NCBI GenBank assembly: GCA_030141605.1
Contig: JAQGDQ010000391.1
Location: forward strand, 1 to 64,000
Source of the DNA: Tubiluchus corallicola
Lineage: Eukaryota; Animalia; Priapulida
DNA length: 64,000 nt
Direction: 5' to 3'
Shown in pieces: positions 28,961 to 42,500 of the stretch. How positions within the stretch are numbered: position 1 is the first letter of the stretch; every line of letters starts with the position of its first letter. The notes under the pieces are model-generated. The model searched no databases and was not told where the DNA came from. It was given only the letters and a program-made list of their open reading frames with translations. Both the position numbers and the translations under genes were made by a program.

Positions 28961-31900
28961 TTGCAACTAGAAAAGCAAATTATTAATTATTTAAAATGTT
29001 TTCAACCCCCTCCAGAGTGCACCACTCTCTAACCAAGAACGTATTTTAATCTTATTGACAAGATACAGTAATTTAAAATTTTCCTCAGTTAGTGACGTGT
29101 GCGCTACGAATGCTCTGATTATTTTTTCACACTTTACACAATATTATTTTAACTTGCAAGATGTTTCAAATGTTTTAATGATGAAGAACGTATGTAGTTG
29201 AAGTACTGAGATAATCGAATGTATAAATTTAGGTTGGAATCGGATCCGTATTAAAAAACTCGTTCGAAAGTTCGAATATACTCGAAAGTTCAATGACGCG
29301 AATCAGCTAAATATTCGCGAGAAACGTAGGGAACAAGAATTTTGTTCTTTCTTTGTTAATGTGGAATTATATGGCAAGTAGGCGAGGAGTTGGGGACTAC
29401 TTTTTAGCAGACGGAAAGAAAACCGCCTTTGTGTTGAATTTTTTATAGAGTTTGGTGTATTTTATTCTTTATAAATTTTAATAAAAGCATTTAGAGTTCT
29501 TATTAATCCATGTGTCTGATGCATCCGTTCTCGCCTGCCTGCGTTTGTTATTTGCTGGTTGTCTGTTTTGTTTGAAACAAGCGCTTACCTGGATATCAGA
29601 GGGGGGACGCCCATTCCAGCCTTAAAAAATGTAAAGTTTTTTGTTAAATTCAATCATCAATGACCAGTTTTAAAATTAAAATGGTTTGATCTAATATTTT
29701 GCTGCGAGTTTGCTTGGCTGAAAGAAGACATCATCATAGGGCAGTAGCACTGTTTTGTAGCAGATCTATTAGGACTGCTGTATTTCACTGTATAAATATG
29801 TAGCTTTCATATATGCAGGCTAAGACTTGGTCTACTAATACCATAGATGGCAAGACAACAGACATTGGAGCACGTAGCCACTGGATAGGATAATTTTGTC
29901 CTATTCATTGCCAGCGCAGTCTGTTTAAAGATCAAACCGGCCATCGACGGGGAAATATAACTTACCAATAATTACTGTCCAGCAATGTAAGCCCAGCTCG
30001 TTTACTGCAGTATGCAGCTTGCTAATGGTCTGACTTCGGTATTGACACAGTAAATTTGACTTAGAGGAGTTGCATTGAACGTTGCAGTCAGAATGCTTGG
30101 ACAGAACAGTTAAGTCTACCGAGCTAATAATCAATGATTGGTTTAACCTAAACACCGGTAATAGTCTTTGATGAAGGAGATCACGATTTGATAAGAAAGG
30201 GCAGCACTAAATGATGGACTAAAAAGTAACATTTTATTGTCACAGAACATGAAGGACCAGCTGGCCGAAAAAACAACTGGCCTGATAATATTGTGGCCGG
30301 TCGCAGGATTAAACCGTCTCGGAAACCACGGGCTTCATGTAGTGTATTGAATGTTAAATTTCGTGGGCCAATCAGAGCTCAGTTTTCTAGGCCAATTTTC
30401 TCGAGCGTGTAACCTGTTCTCGTAGATTCGAGGGCAGTGCATTCTGGTCATGTTCGGCTTCGGTTTCATTTTGTTTTTCTCTTCTTGGTTGCTGTTATTA
30501 AGTCTGTAGTGATTCAGTAATTTTTGCTTTAACCCTTTGGTTTGCATTTCGACTCAACGCTTAAGTGTCAGCTATAAACTGTTGCTAAGTGTTTCATTTT
30601 ACTGTTTTTCTTTCTTTTCTTTTATAATATTCTTTAGTTAATACACGTAGTAAATTATGAATCCTTGTTATCATAGACGGCATCACAATATTATCGTCTT
30701 AATTATTATTGTACGAAATTGTGTTTCTAGTTCTACTACAGGTCATACGACGGGTCTTCTCAAAACAATGTTAGTTTCGTTCCCTATCACTCTACTTAGA
30801 TACTTAATTTTGATGTAAATAACTTGATAACATATACAAAAACTTATCAAATTTTACATATGAAACTATGTACGTAGGTGATAATTATCTACAATTACTT
30901 AGCAGACAACTTTACATCATTATCTAATTTAAATTCTTCTTCTCTTTTAACTGTTCACACACACTATTCAAACACATTCAATAAAAAAAGATAGCAATTT
31001 TTAAAAGATTTTTGGAAAACAGAATTGAAGTTAGTAATTCGAAGTCTACGTCAGTGAATTGCCTTCTCAAGTGATCAGTTTGAGGACAGCCCCTTAATTA
31101 TTATCATTATTTAATATTATTATTATTATTAGTTTATTTCGCATAAAAATATACGCTTACAAAGTCAACACGATGTTAGTAAAGCAGATAATTAGATGTT
31201 AGCAATGTAACTTATCTACAGAAATTCAACTTTATAATATCCATTCATTTCAGTACCCTTGTAATTATATCACAGTATCTATAAGAATCTATAATAGGTA
31301 TCTTAAAACATAATCTTGAAATGAGTTCTTAACCATTAACTTTACATTTTCGTTTAGATCTACAGTACAACCATATTTAAATAACAACCTTAACAACAAA
31401 ATGTTCGTTTTTAGTGCATAATTAGTGCTGATTTTTTTATTTGTCATAGGCAGTTGTACCAAACAAACAAACGAAATTGATATAAAATACATGCATTTAT
31501 TTATTAGTGATTAAACGTAATTTATCATACAACATAATCGGTTCACATTATTAATAAACAAAAATATATGTAGGAAAGTATATTTTGGAAGACTGAGCTA
31601 TAACCTATATTACCTAAATTCAATAAATATTTATTAGTGGTACAAACTTATTAATTATTTTATCATACTTTGTTATTTTTTGGTTGAAATACTTAACAAT
31701 TTCGTTATATCTTGCAGCTCGTTATATAAATAACGTTACATCGAGTAATTTTCATTCTTCAGGTGTGTTACTATCGTTATTATATTTTTGCCAACTCACG
31801 TCTTTCAAAGTGAGGAAAGGTACAGTTAGGTGTATGTTTTGTATTCATGGCTTAAAGAGCACGTAAATCGTTAGTTTTACACTAGAGCTAAGTGCCCTTG

Positions 31901-32454
31901 AAGGAGTTTTTATGGCTCACATAATTCAAAATTGAGCTCAAAATCTTTTCTTACTGTCGTTTACAATAGAGATATCGCGTTGTTCGGCCAAGTTCTGTTC
32001 GAACTTGCACCAAACGTTCAGGTAATTTCATAGCCTAATGCATAGATTTCTGGCTGAAGCTTAATCAATTTATGTGTGCTTAAAGTTGCTAGAAAAATCT
32101 GTGAAATAACTGCTCGAAACGGTGACAAAACAAACACTTGGGTTACAAAAACAAGAAAGCTTACACACAATCTCTGATATATACAATGTGTACAACAGGC
32201 TGATTGAAATTAAAACTCTGAAAACGCTTCCGCTCAGATACTTTATTTAGTACGCTTATTTGAGCCGACATTATTTAAATGTTATCTATCACTTTGCTTT
32301 ATGACACCAGCCGGAATTGCATAGCTTTAATTTATTGCCCTATCTGCTACCATTGCTGATTTATGGATAATAAAATGCGAGATAATGTTACAAGTATAGC
32401 TTACTTGGTGTCAGCCTACGCTGCATAATGTAATGCAGTGTGTATAAATAAAAT

Positions 32455-32700
32455 AACTATACTAGCGCCAATAAAAAGTCAAAATTCATGTTTTATTAAA
32501 ACATCTAAAATATTCCAAGTCTAGCTTGCCCTACTCACTGTAGCAGTGACAAATAGCTCACTGCGCCAAATGCTTTCATACGTTCATGCTCGTTGCAGTG
32601 AGCAGCTTTGTCTACAAAGCTGAGAAACGGACAAGCTAGCCTAGGAACGTTTTACTCATTTTAATAGAAGCATGAATACTGTTTTCTTACCAGTTGCTAT
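32455..32700. repeat. Old palindromic (MITE-like) element just 3' of the ABCG stop
   Basis: ATTCATGTTTTATTAAAA / TTTTAATAGAAGCATGAAT; CTAGCTTG / CAAGCTAG; GCTCACTGC / GCAGTGAGC nested symmetrically. Confidence 0.72.
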
Positions 32701-32906
32701 TGTTCATAACTAAGGCAGTTTTCCTAAACATACAGCAGACATATGTAATTATAACAGGTTGTCTTTATGCCGCTTTGCAATTTTGTACATACATCTGTAG
32801 AGTTAATTTAATAGTTAACACACGATCAACGATAATCATAATTATACAAACGCTAGTACGAAAAATAATTTTTACATAATTATAATTTTACATATTTTTC
32901 TTTCGA

Positions 32907-33560
32907 TTATAGAGTAAAAACCGAGCGATAATCACTGGAGGGTCGGTTGACCGGATCCAGCCTAATTTTCCGTGATTTTCTTGGTTTTAGCCTAAATATT
33001 CCTATGGCAATAAAGGCAAATACGAAAAAGAAGAGAGCAAATGCCGCTATGACCACTAATGACACCCAACTGTCCACGTCGTCCTGCTTAATTCCGTACA
33101 AACGCATTTCATCCAATCCGGTGACGAGCTGGCATTCTCTCAGGGGTGCCTCGCTTATGATGAGAGTGGGACGAGTCGTGGGAGCCACCTCCACACATTC
33201 CTCGTAGCTGTAATTGGTCATCTGACCCAAGGTCAGTTCTCGGTATGCCCACTGAGAGTTGCTGACGTACATTGTCCAGAAGAGGACCACGGCATCGTAG
33301 AGGATCCTTGGATGGACGACGAATCCGCTAGAGGCCCCAAAGAACGCTATGACGGCATAGCTGGCTCTGGCTGCCTTACCCTCCAATCGGAATGTATTCG
33401 AAAAAGCTATGGCCATGAGTCTGATGCCATAGACGTATAGGAGCATGATGCCAAGATAGATGCCAAAAACCGTGTGTGATTTCTTCATCTCGGCTATCCA
33501 GTAAGCAGGTGAGATGTACGCTACTGATGCAAGTAGGGTTAGAGGTAGATCACTGAATAT
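32907..33560 (-). CDS. ABCG5: ABCG5-like last coding exon (remaining TM segments, C-tail)
   Basis: IFSDLPLTLL...YWIAEM...SSGFVV...YVSNSQWAYREL...VVIAAFALFFFVFAFIAIGIF...SVFTL*; TCACAG acceptor. Confidence 0.92.
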   Translation of the reverse strand: MFSDLPLTLLASVAYISPAYWIAEMKKSHTVFGIYLGIMLLYVYGIRLMAIAFSNTFRLEGKAARASYAVIAFFGASSGFVVHPRILYDAVVLFWTMYVSNSQWAYRELTLGQMTNYSYEECVEVAPTTRPTLIISEAPLRECQLVTGLDEMRLYGIKQDDVDSWVSLVVIAAFALFFFVFAFIAIGIFRLKPRKSRKIRLDPVNRPSSDYRSVFTL

Positions 33561-36500
33561 CTGTGAATTAAATAAACGATTGTTTTACTTCATAAGAAAA
33601 ATTTATGAGCAAACACACATACTAGTTTACAGAGCTGATATTAAAATGAACTTATTATATAAAAGCAAAAGCGGTGCCAATCTTAAATTGTAGTCTAAAA
33701 CAATCTACTCTTTAAAATATTGAAAGGAAACATACCATTTTTTTAAAAATGCCTTACGTGATAAAATTATTGTTACGCAAACATAATTTTACGTTCGCGC
33801 CACTAGTTCTTTGCTGTTACATCCATTTCGCCATTCGCTAGTCAGACGGGCACTAGCGCCTGCATTTCGAAAAGGCATTGCACAAAAACAAGTGCCATTC
33901 CATTCAGATGTGTTAGTAGCTGTGGTACCCTATTCCTAATTTAACCAAAGTTAAAAATAATCCTAATCCATACTCTGAGCAAAATTACTTCTTTTTTCCT
34001 GCGACTTTATTACCGGTCACCGAAAATACAATGTCCTTCTACCAGGTGGCGCGATTAAATGGTCACGAATTTCCCTTTCTAAATACATTGATTTTTCAAA
34101 CAGGTAAACATAATTCTAACTGACACAATACACTTGGTTCGTTGGGGTACATGCGTTGAAGTACGCCTTTAAAGGAAGACAGGATCATTTTTCATATACG
34201 CCCCCATTTTCAAGCCCGATAAAAAGTAAAAGTAAACATTTTAACGCAATGTTAAGTAACCTCGTAAGCAATCTTAAACTGCTGGTCAAAGCAATCTACT
34301 CTTTAAAATATTGAAAGGAAACATACCATTTTTTTAAAAATGCCTTACGTGATAAAATTATTGTTACGCAAACATAATTTTACGTTCGCGCCACTAGTTC
34401 TTTGCTGTTACATCCATTTCGCCATTCGGTAGCCAGACGGGCGAAAAGGCATTGCACAAAAACAAGTGCGATTATATTCAGATGTGTTAGTATGTGACGA
34501 ACTACACACGTTTGACAGTTCATACGTGAGTACAGCGGTAAGTTTGAAATTTGAATTTTTATCTTAAAACTTGCCTAGTTTTAGTACAACACAGTGAATA
34601 TCTTACAGCAGCACTGTATTTCAATTTTGCCTTTAGCAAACACGTGCAACACGACCGTGGAATATTTTTGCTCTTGAAAATTATGTTAGTTTGAGATATT
34701 ATCAATTGTTAGGCTCGTCCGCCGTTAATTAATTTTTTAATCTATTATTTAATTATCTGAAAAACTTTTGCAGCATTAATTGTGCTAAAATGTATACTTT
34801 TTATAGTACTTGAAAATGGGGTAGTGTATGAAAAATCATCCTGTCTTAACTCACTCATACTGTTGCACAAAAGTGCAAACGAATTAACATGAATCGTACC
34901 ACAACTATTTAAATATAGATCAAAGACATGATCAAATTCTGACAAAAACGTCTTTAATTTTGGTCGGTTTGCAGAAATATTGAAGTAAACTGTGTTTCAA
35001 GATCAAATAATCTGTGAATCAAACAATTTGTGTGGAAGGACAGCGCCAAAACAACGCTTTTAATTTGTCAAATATCAATATTCAGTTTGGCTTACCTTTG
35101 CAAAGAAAAACGCCACTGGACTGTAGAGTCCCTCTTCTACTTCTGCGTAAAATTCTCTCCTTTCAATGGTCACTGTAAAAAGGTGATTTTCAAATTTATT
35201 TTGACATTTATCGCTCTGTGCAATAGAAGACGGAATCATTTTACGAAAAACTGCTGTTAAAATTGTACTTGAATCAGTGGAAGCCGTTAGAACATGGAAA
35301 GAAGCCCTGTTTGTATGTGTGCAGACGGTTAACTTTTAAAAGGCTTATAGATAGTAAATCAATGGTAGAAGCTTCATCTTACACATTCTTAATGTTCTGA
35401 CACACTGGCGACATTTGTTATCGAACTATCAATTTGAACGTGCATCATCCAGCTTTTGTCACCTTTTTTTGTTGTTGTTGAAGCCAGTATTTGTTACATG
35501 GTTAATTTTTTGAAAAAAATAGAAAGTAAATTAATAATCTGAAAAAATTTTGTAACCACCTTTAAAAAAATCGTCTTGCTTCCTGTTTATCTATTTATTT
35601 ATTTACTTGTTTATTAAATTGGGAATCTATTAATCTTAATTAGAGATTAATTTGATACCTGACGAAAAAGATTTTTAGATCTTTTTCAATTATACTTGTT
35701 TTAAGTTGTTTTAAATGTCAACTCTTGTCGTAAGTGTGTCGTAAAATAAAACTAAAGCTAATCTGATAAATATTAATTAATAAAAAAAAACTTATGTGTA
35801 CATCTGCCTATGAGCCTGTACGCGAACGGCAACGGTGCAATAACCAACATCGTAAACATGAACCCGAAGCGATCATGAGTGTATAGTGGCGCCACAGTCG
35901 GTCGAGCGGAGAAGATAACGCCAATGAGAACAGACATTAGAGCGGCAAGGAAAATGTCTAAAACGTGAAGCCAGGTGTCCTTCAATGTGCAGTTATGACA
36001 AGTAAACATGCGCCTGGAAAAAACAGCAAATTTACCTTGAAAACTTATTTAATCTTTAATTTACCATTGAAAAATTTAATTTAATCTTAACAGAAAAAAA
36101 TTATTATGCATACAAATAGTAAGTTACCGAAGATATTGTACTGTATTACCATAGTTTTTGTTTTTGTTGTTGGTGTTGTCGATGTCATCATCATCATTAT
36201 CATCATCATCGCCATCACCACCACCATCACCACAACTAACTACCAAAACCTCCGCCACCACTAGCACTACCACAATCGTCGTCATCATTATTATCATCAT
36301 CACCACCATCACCATCACCATCACCCACTCACCCACTCACTCACTCACTCACTCACTCACTCACTCACTCACTCACTCACTCACTCACTCACTCACTCAC
36401 TCACTCACTGACTCATTCATTCACTCATTCATTCATTCATTCATTCATTTACTCATTCATTTATTCATTATGGTTACAGTTTTGTATAATTTTAAAGCAT

Positions 36501-39500
36501 ATAATATCCGTATATAATGCACATTGTTCAAGTGTACTAATAAAATTCGTTGGATGAAATTTCAAGATGATATAAGTACTTTCTTTTTATCACCTTCTAA
36601 AGTGCGGCGACTAAGTTAGCTGAAATTTAGCGGAAAATGTGGGCGATTTCCTCATATATATTTCAAGCTCATCTTAAGTTGCTGACAACTAAACAATTCG
36701 TCTGTTAAGATGTTTATCTCTAACACGTTGTAATATCAGCACATTAAAGTGAAAAAACAGTTTATGAAATTCTGGAAAAGAGGTACTTACACTCATCTGT
36801 AACTGATCAATTATATTAAAATTTCATACTTATTTATTGCTTTTGTTTATTACCTAAGTAAGTACATTTATCAACATAAGACGTATAAACTAAAAAAACG
36901 TGCGTTTTTCTATAATGATATCGCAAAATTTTGGCATCCAAAACAAAATTTTTATTTCTGCGAAGCGTTACTTACCACAGAAGTATGAAAAACTGCATAC
37001 AGGCGCCGCTGTGTTTTACTTTTCTCAAAGTGACAGCAGATGGCTCTGGCTCCGACAGAGGTAGAGCTCGTTCTTGGTACAGCGAACTAATTCGATTTAT
37101 TCGATCACTCGATTCGGCTATTGTTTCGATAGATCGATCATCTAGTGTTACTAAGTCAACTGAAATTTAATTCGTTATTGTCATTCTATTGCAGTACCTT
37201 ATGAAATGAATTCAGCCCCATATTTGGCCCCGTATCAAATAGACCAAATAAGAGCACACTGGCATGTACGTCTATGAATCACTTTAGGGAGAAGCCAGTG
37301 TTAAACATTTTTCAGAATTTTTAGTTTAATACGCTGACTGTATTAAGTAATTGATAACTAATAACCTTTTCACAGTTCCAGCGATTGATGATGATCGTGA
37401 AAAGGTCAAAGGTTAAGTGCCCTAGACAACGCATTTGTGTATACTTGACAACGCCTCGCAGCCCATGCTATTGCAACAGTAATTAAGAAATGCTAGCTAT
37501 AGAACTTTACCTAGTTCATTTTTTCTTTCCAAGTAAGATCTCACGCAGACTAATGCATAATTAAGTAAAGTTCACGCGAACAACTGAAGTTACTGAACTG
37601 GGCTTTGCTTTTACCCACATGTCACGTGGTGTGTTAGTGTGGTACACTTAAACTTTGACCTACAGCAACTGCGCGTGCGCACAACGAAACTGAGAAAAGG
37701 CTTAATGTGTAAAATGAGGTAAGCTACAGTGAAGGTAATATTAGACTAAAAATTCTTCAGTTCTTGGTTCAAATGTATAAAGTCAACTCTATTAATTACG
37801 TACGAATTTTGCAGCTGAAGTATATACGTGTTGATATAAGGACCGTGGAGAATTCAAGTGGGGAGCCTTGTGTATTAAAGCACAAGAAACGTTCCAGTTA
37901 CATAAAGCTTAAAAAATTCGTCTCGAAATTTTATACCACTTACGTACTACCGTTTCGTATGCATAGCCTGTATCGGTCGTAACGCTGTATAAAATGTGTA
38001 AATTTAAACTCCCGCCATGACCGTTAGGCGCAGCCATTTTAATGGTAGGTCGTTTGAAACAAGTTTTGATAACATTAAGTAAAGTTTGAAAAAATAATCA
38101 GAGCATTCATAGCATACATGTTGCTGATTAAGTAAAATTTTAAATTAATGCAACTTGTCATTAAGATTAAAAATACGTTTTTGGCTAGTGAGTGGCGCAC
38201 CCTGGAGGGTGAGTCAGCGACATTTTACCAATTGGCACAAACATTTCAAATTATTAGTCTAGTTAGATAAGTCTTTCCAGCAGATTAGTGAAATGCTAAG
38301 TAATATAGATTTGCACGGAAAGTTTTTTGGGACATAATTTAACATTGCCTTTTCTTCCCCTGATTTACGTGGCGTAGTGACGTCATGTCATGTCATGTGA
38401 CAAATGCCACGGCTATACTGACGTCACACCATATAAACTCCTAAGAGTGTTAGCTGTAATAATATGTGGATGGAGCTTTGCTCACCATAGTAATCACAAG
38501 GATTTACGAGTGGTGGGTAAGAATAACTGATAGTGCTGAAGTAACTGATCATTCCTCTAGCGGAACCATAGTACATCATCCTACCAGCTGACAGTAAAAC
38601 CACTGAAACAAAAGCAAACATTACGAATTTCGCGCAGTTTCTTACATGCTTCGACATATTACAAGCAACAGTTTAGCATTCAAAAGCAAGACTAATTTAA
38701 TCCTAATGTCTGCAAGACGATCGCAATTCGGCTCATTCTCAAGGTTACGTGAGACAAAGATGGACCGGTTTAGGCGTCTTAGTCACTTTTGAATGCGTAT
38801 CCAACCTACCTCTACCAGGTAAACAGCCAGAATCAGCATGGCGCATAGGACCTGCCATTCGGCTTAAAAGTCCTGCCACAAAGTTATTACTCGTTATTGA
38901 CGTTCTATGATTTCTGACCCCTTGCAATAAAATCATTTGTCTTGTGTCTTTTGTACGAGGGAACATGTTCACTGACTTTGACCTTTGATCAAAGTAACCT
39001 TTGATCTTTTTTCCAAATGACATTGCAAACGGCAGCGTCATTGGGATATTCCAGCAACTGTTGTTAGTTATCAACAGTATAGAGGCTTATCCAACTGATT
39101 CCTTATTTGTTCGTTTTTACTTTTCTCCTCCGTTCGTTCGTTCATTCACTCATTCTCCCGTTTTCTTGCTCGTTGGCGCGTCTTATCTACACACTTACCT
39201 TTGTCAAGCATGGAGAATATTTCCATATTTGGATGGTGTAATGTGAGCATGATGATTTTTTCTCTGGCTGCCAATCCACGTAGATATTCCATCAGAAACA
39301 TTGATGGATACGTCTCCATGTCTGTGGTTGGTTCATCCAGCAGTACAATATCTGAAACGTTTGTTCAAATCTTTCAAATACAGCCTTTAATTTGTGAAAA
39401 CATTTTAAATAATTAATAATTTTCTTTTCTAGTTACATAAGTATTTCAAGCAGGTGAGTTAAATGCTAAGTAATATAATTTTGCATTGAAAGTGTTTTAG

Positions 39501-42500
39501 GACATAATTTAATATTTCCTTTTCTTTCTGTGATTTTCGTTGTACGTATATGACGTCATGTAATAGCGCCGTCGGGAACAGTATTGCAGGAGAAAACAAA
39601 CAAAAATTCCGTGTGATATACGCATAAAATTGCTATAAAGCAATATGATTGTTAAGGCGATTTTTGTGAAACCCATTTCAGGTACCCCTTTTCTTCTTCT
39701 TTAAAGCAAACTACCCTTAATGACGATGTTTTAGCTTGGCACGTTTGTTTGTTCTAACTCAGAGGAACACTAAGCAATCTAACTTCTGAGATGATTGATC
39801 ATCATGATTTATTAATGGCTGACAGTGTAATGATAGCGAACATGCACAAAAGACAATAAACGCTGTATTGCGTTCACCCGTTACATGAGCTTATGTGATA
39901 TTGTAACGCGTGTTTGCTGGTTTATACTGCTGAAAAATACAAAAACGCATACAAGCTGTACAAGGTACTGATTAGCTAACGTCAATTAATTCTTGTATAA
40001 AAGTCTCTAGACGTTTAGCAGGAGTAATTCTAATGACAAAATATTGATTTATTTATTTAGTTTTTCATATCTTTTTTCCGGTACGAAAAGTACCATATAA
40101 AAGAGAGTACATTACAGGACGAAAGACATATTTACAATTATAAGTGGAACAAAAAATATATACGTATGCTACAAATTAAATTACTATTATAAGGTAACCT
40201 ATTACTATTATTACTGCTATTATTAAACAACACGCACATTAGAATATGTAATTTGTAGTTAGTACAAGAAGTCAGTATGTACATAGTACATTCGAAAGAA
40301 AAATCTGGGACGTACAATGACTATGAGATAAGTGACAAAACTCTTTGAAACTTTGATTGAACCAATTAATAGGATAATTTGCATGGTATTAAGGCCAGTG
40401 TACTTAATAAACCTGACTTATTAAATTTTAATTTTGTAGCCAAGGTGGCTCCATTTAGCTGGAAACTTTAAAAGTGTGGGCATTGACCCAGTTATGTTGT
40501 CATTATGCCGTTCTGTAGTATATGTGAACGATCTGTCTTGTGCAAGCTAGCGAAATTTATAATTAGATATATGCCAAAACGATGGAAGATTATTTTTATT
40601 TCATTTTCATTTTCATTCATGCATTGATATTCTTGATTGATTAATTAACTGTCAATCTAACAAAACTATGTAATTTTTCATAAATTTAGCCAACGTCAGT
40701 CGATTTCGCTTTTCTGTTTTAGTTTTTAAATATTGCCGAAGTTTTTATATGAAATTGAACTGAAACATTGGAGATTTGACATAAATGCCTCTCGGAGACA
40801 CTAACACGTGGGAAATTAAGTAAATTGTAATACATTTATTAGCATACGCACTGGAAAAGGATAAAACATCGATTCTGAAGTAACTGGTACTTTGCGGCCT
40901 TTTTGTACTTGCCTAACCCCCTGTCTAAACCAGCCTTTAACTTATGTTATTTCTTAATTATACACGCATTGTACACTTTCAGTAAAAGAAACAGGGTGTC
41001 ATCATCTCTAAAGCAATTCAGCCTACACGACAGCAAGTTTAAAATCACTTTCACTAATTTCTGCTACCATTACTGTTATTAACTCATTTTCTAAAAGTAT
41101 GCAAGTATTCAAAACCCTATTTTGTTTTAATACCTGTGTTCAGAGCCACCTGACAAGCCACTGTTAGCCGTTTCTTTTCTCCAGTCGCAAGGTCACTAAC
41201 TCTGGTGTCTTTAACATGGGCAAGGCGGATGTCGTCTATCAGCTGCTCTATCTGGAACGACAAGAAGATGTCGAGGCGGTTTGATTTAAAAGAAGACAGG
41301 ACAGTTTTTCATATACTACACCATTTTCAAGTGTTGAAAGTACACGTTTTAAAACAATTAATACTGTAAAAACGTTTCCAATAACTAAATATTAGATTAA
41401 AATCTTAATTAACTTCGGGTGAGCCCAACTATTGATGACATCACAAACTAACATAATTTTCAACAGCAAAAATATTCCATGGGCGTGTTGCACGTGTTTG
41501 CGAAAGCGAAAATTGAAGTACAGTGCTACTGTAAGATATCCAGTGTGTTGTACTAAAACTAGGCAAGTTTTAAGATAAAAATTCAAATTTTAAATTTACG
41601 TCTGTGCTCAAGCATGAGCTGTCGAACGTGCGCAGTTATTCACAATCCAATACGTTTTGACTGAGAGGTACAGCCCCTGTTTATGTACAAGCATTCCGAA
41701 ATGCAGGCGTTAGTACATGTCTAACTAGCGAATGGCGAAATGCATGTAACAGCGAAGAACTAGTGGCTCAAACGTGAGATTGTGTTTATGTTGTAATAAT
41801 TCTTTCACGTAAGTCATTTTTGAAAAAAATAGTGTGTTTCTTTTCAACATTTTAAAGAGTAGGTACGACCTACAATTGTTTCGACCTACAATTTATGATT
41901 GGGTCCGGTTATCTTTTAAGTATTAAAGTAAAATCAAAATGGCAGCTCTAAGCTGCTCATCAGCGAACATGAGGATAGTGTTGCCAGTTCCATCTTCTCG
42001 TCATTACCTGGAATCGATCCCACTCAAAGAAACGCTGACATTTCTTAATAAATGTCACATGACTTTCTATTTTAAATGAAACGAAACTGTCCAAACTTCT
42101 TGAAGAAGCCATAATATAATATAATATAGTATAATATAAAGGAAAATATATACGCACACAAAGATTCTAACATAAGGGAGAAATAATCACCATAATGTAT
42201 ATAATTTCATAGGCTATTCACGTTGAAAAAGTTCAAAATCACAATCAACCCTTCAGTTGTTCACACTGACGTGACATAACGGTAATCTAAATGCAAACTA
42301 AATAGCTGTTCACACTGAGAAAGTTTACAACCAAAACTTACTCCATACTTTATCCAAACCTAAAAAATTAGGTTCCGCGCTACTCAGAAGCCTAACAGCC
42401 CCTTCACTGTTGATTTAAAATAAATGTTCAGATCGTGAAGAAATCACTGCTTACAAAACCAATGCACATGTACAGTGATGCTACAGTAGCAAGTCCGAAC

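Noticed and set aside
29584-29610. U1 snRNA-like start CTTACCTGG
   Set aside because: No further U1 similarity; it is the reverse complement of a splice donor.
38745-39074. 109-aa ORF in ABCG intron 4
   Set aside because: No recognisable domain; exons 4 and 5 join in frame without it.
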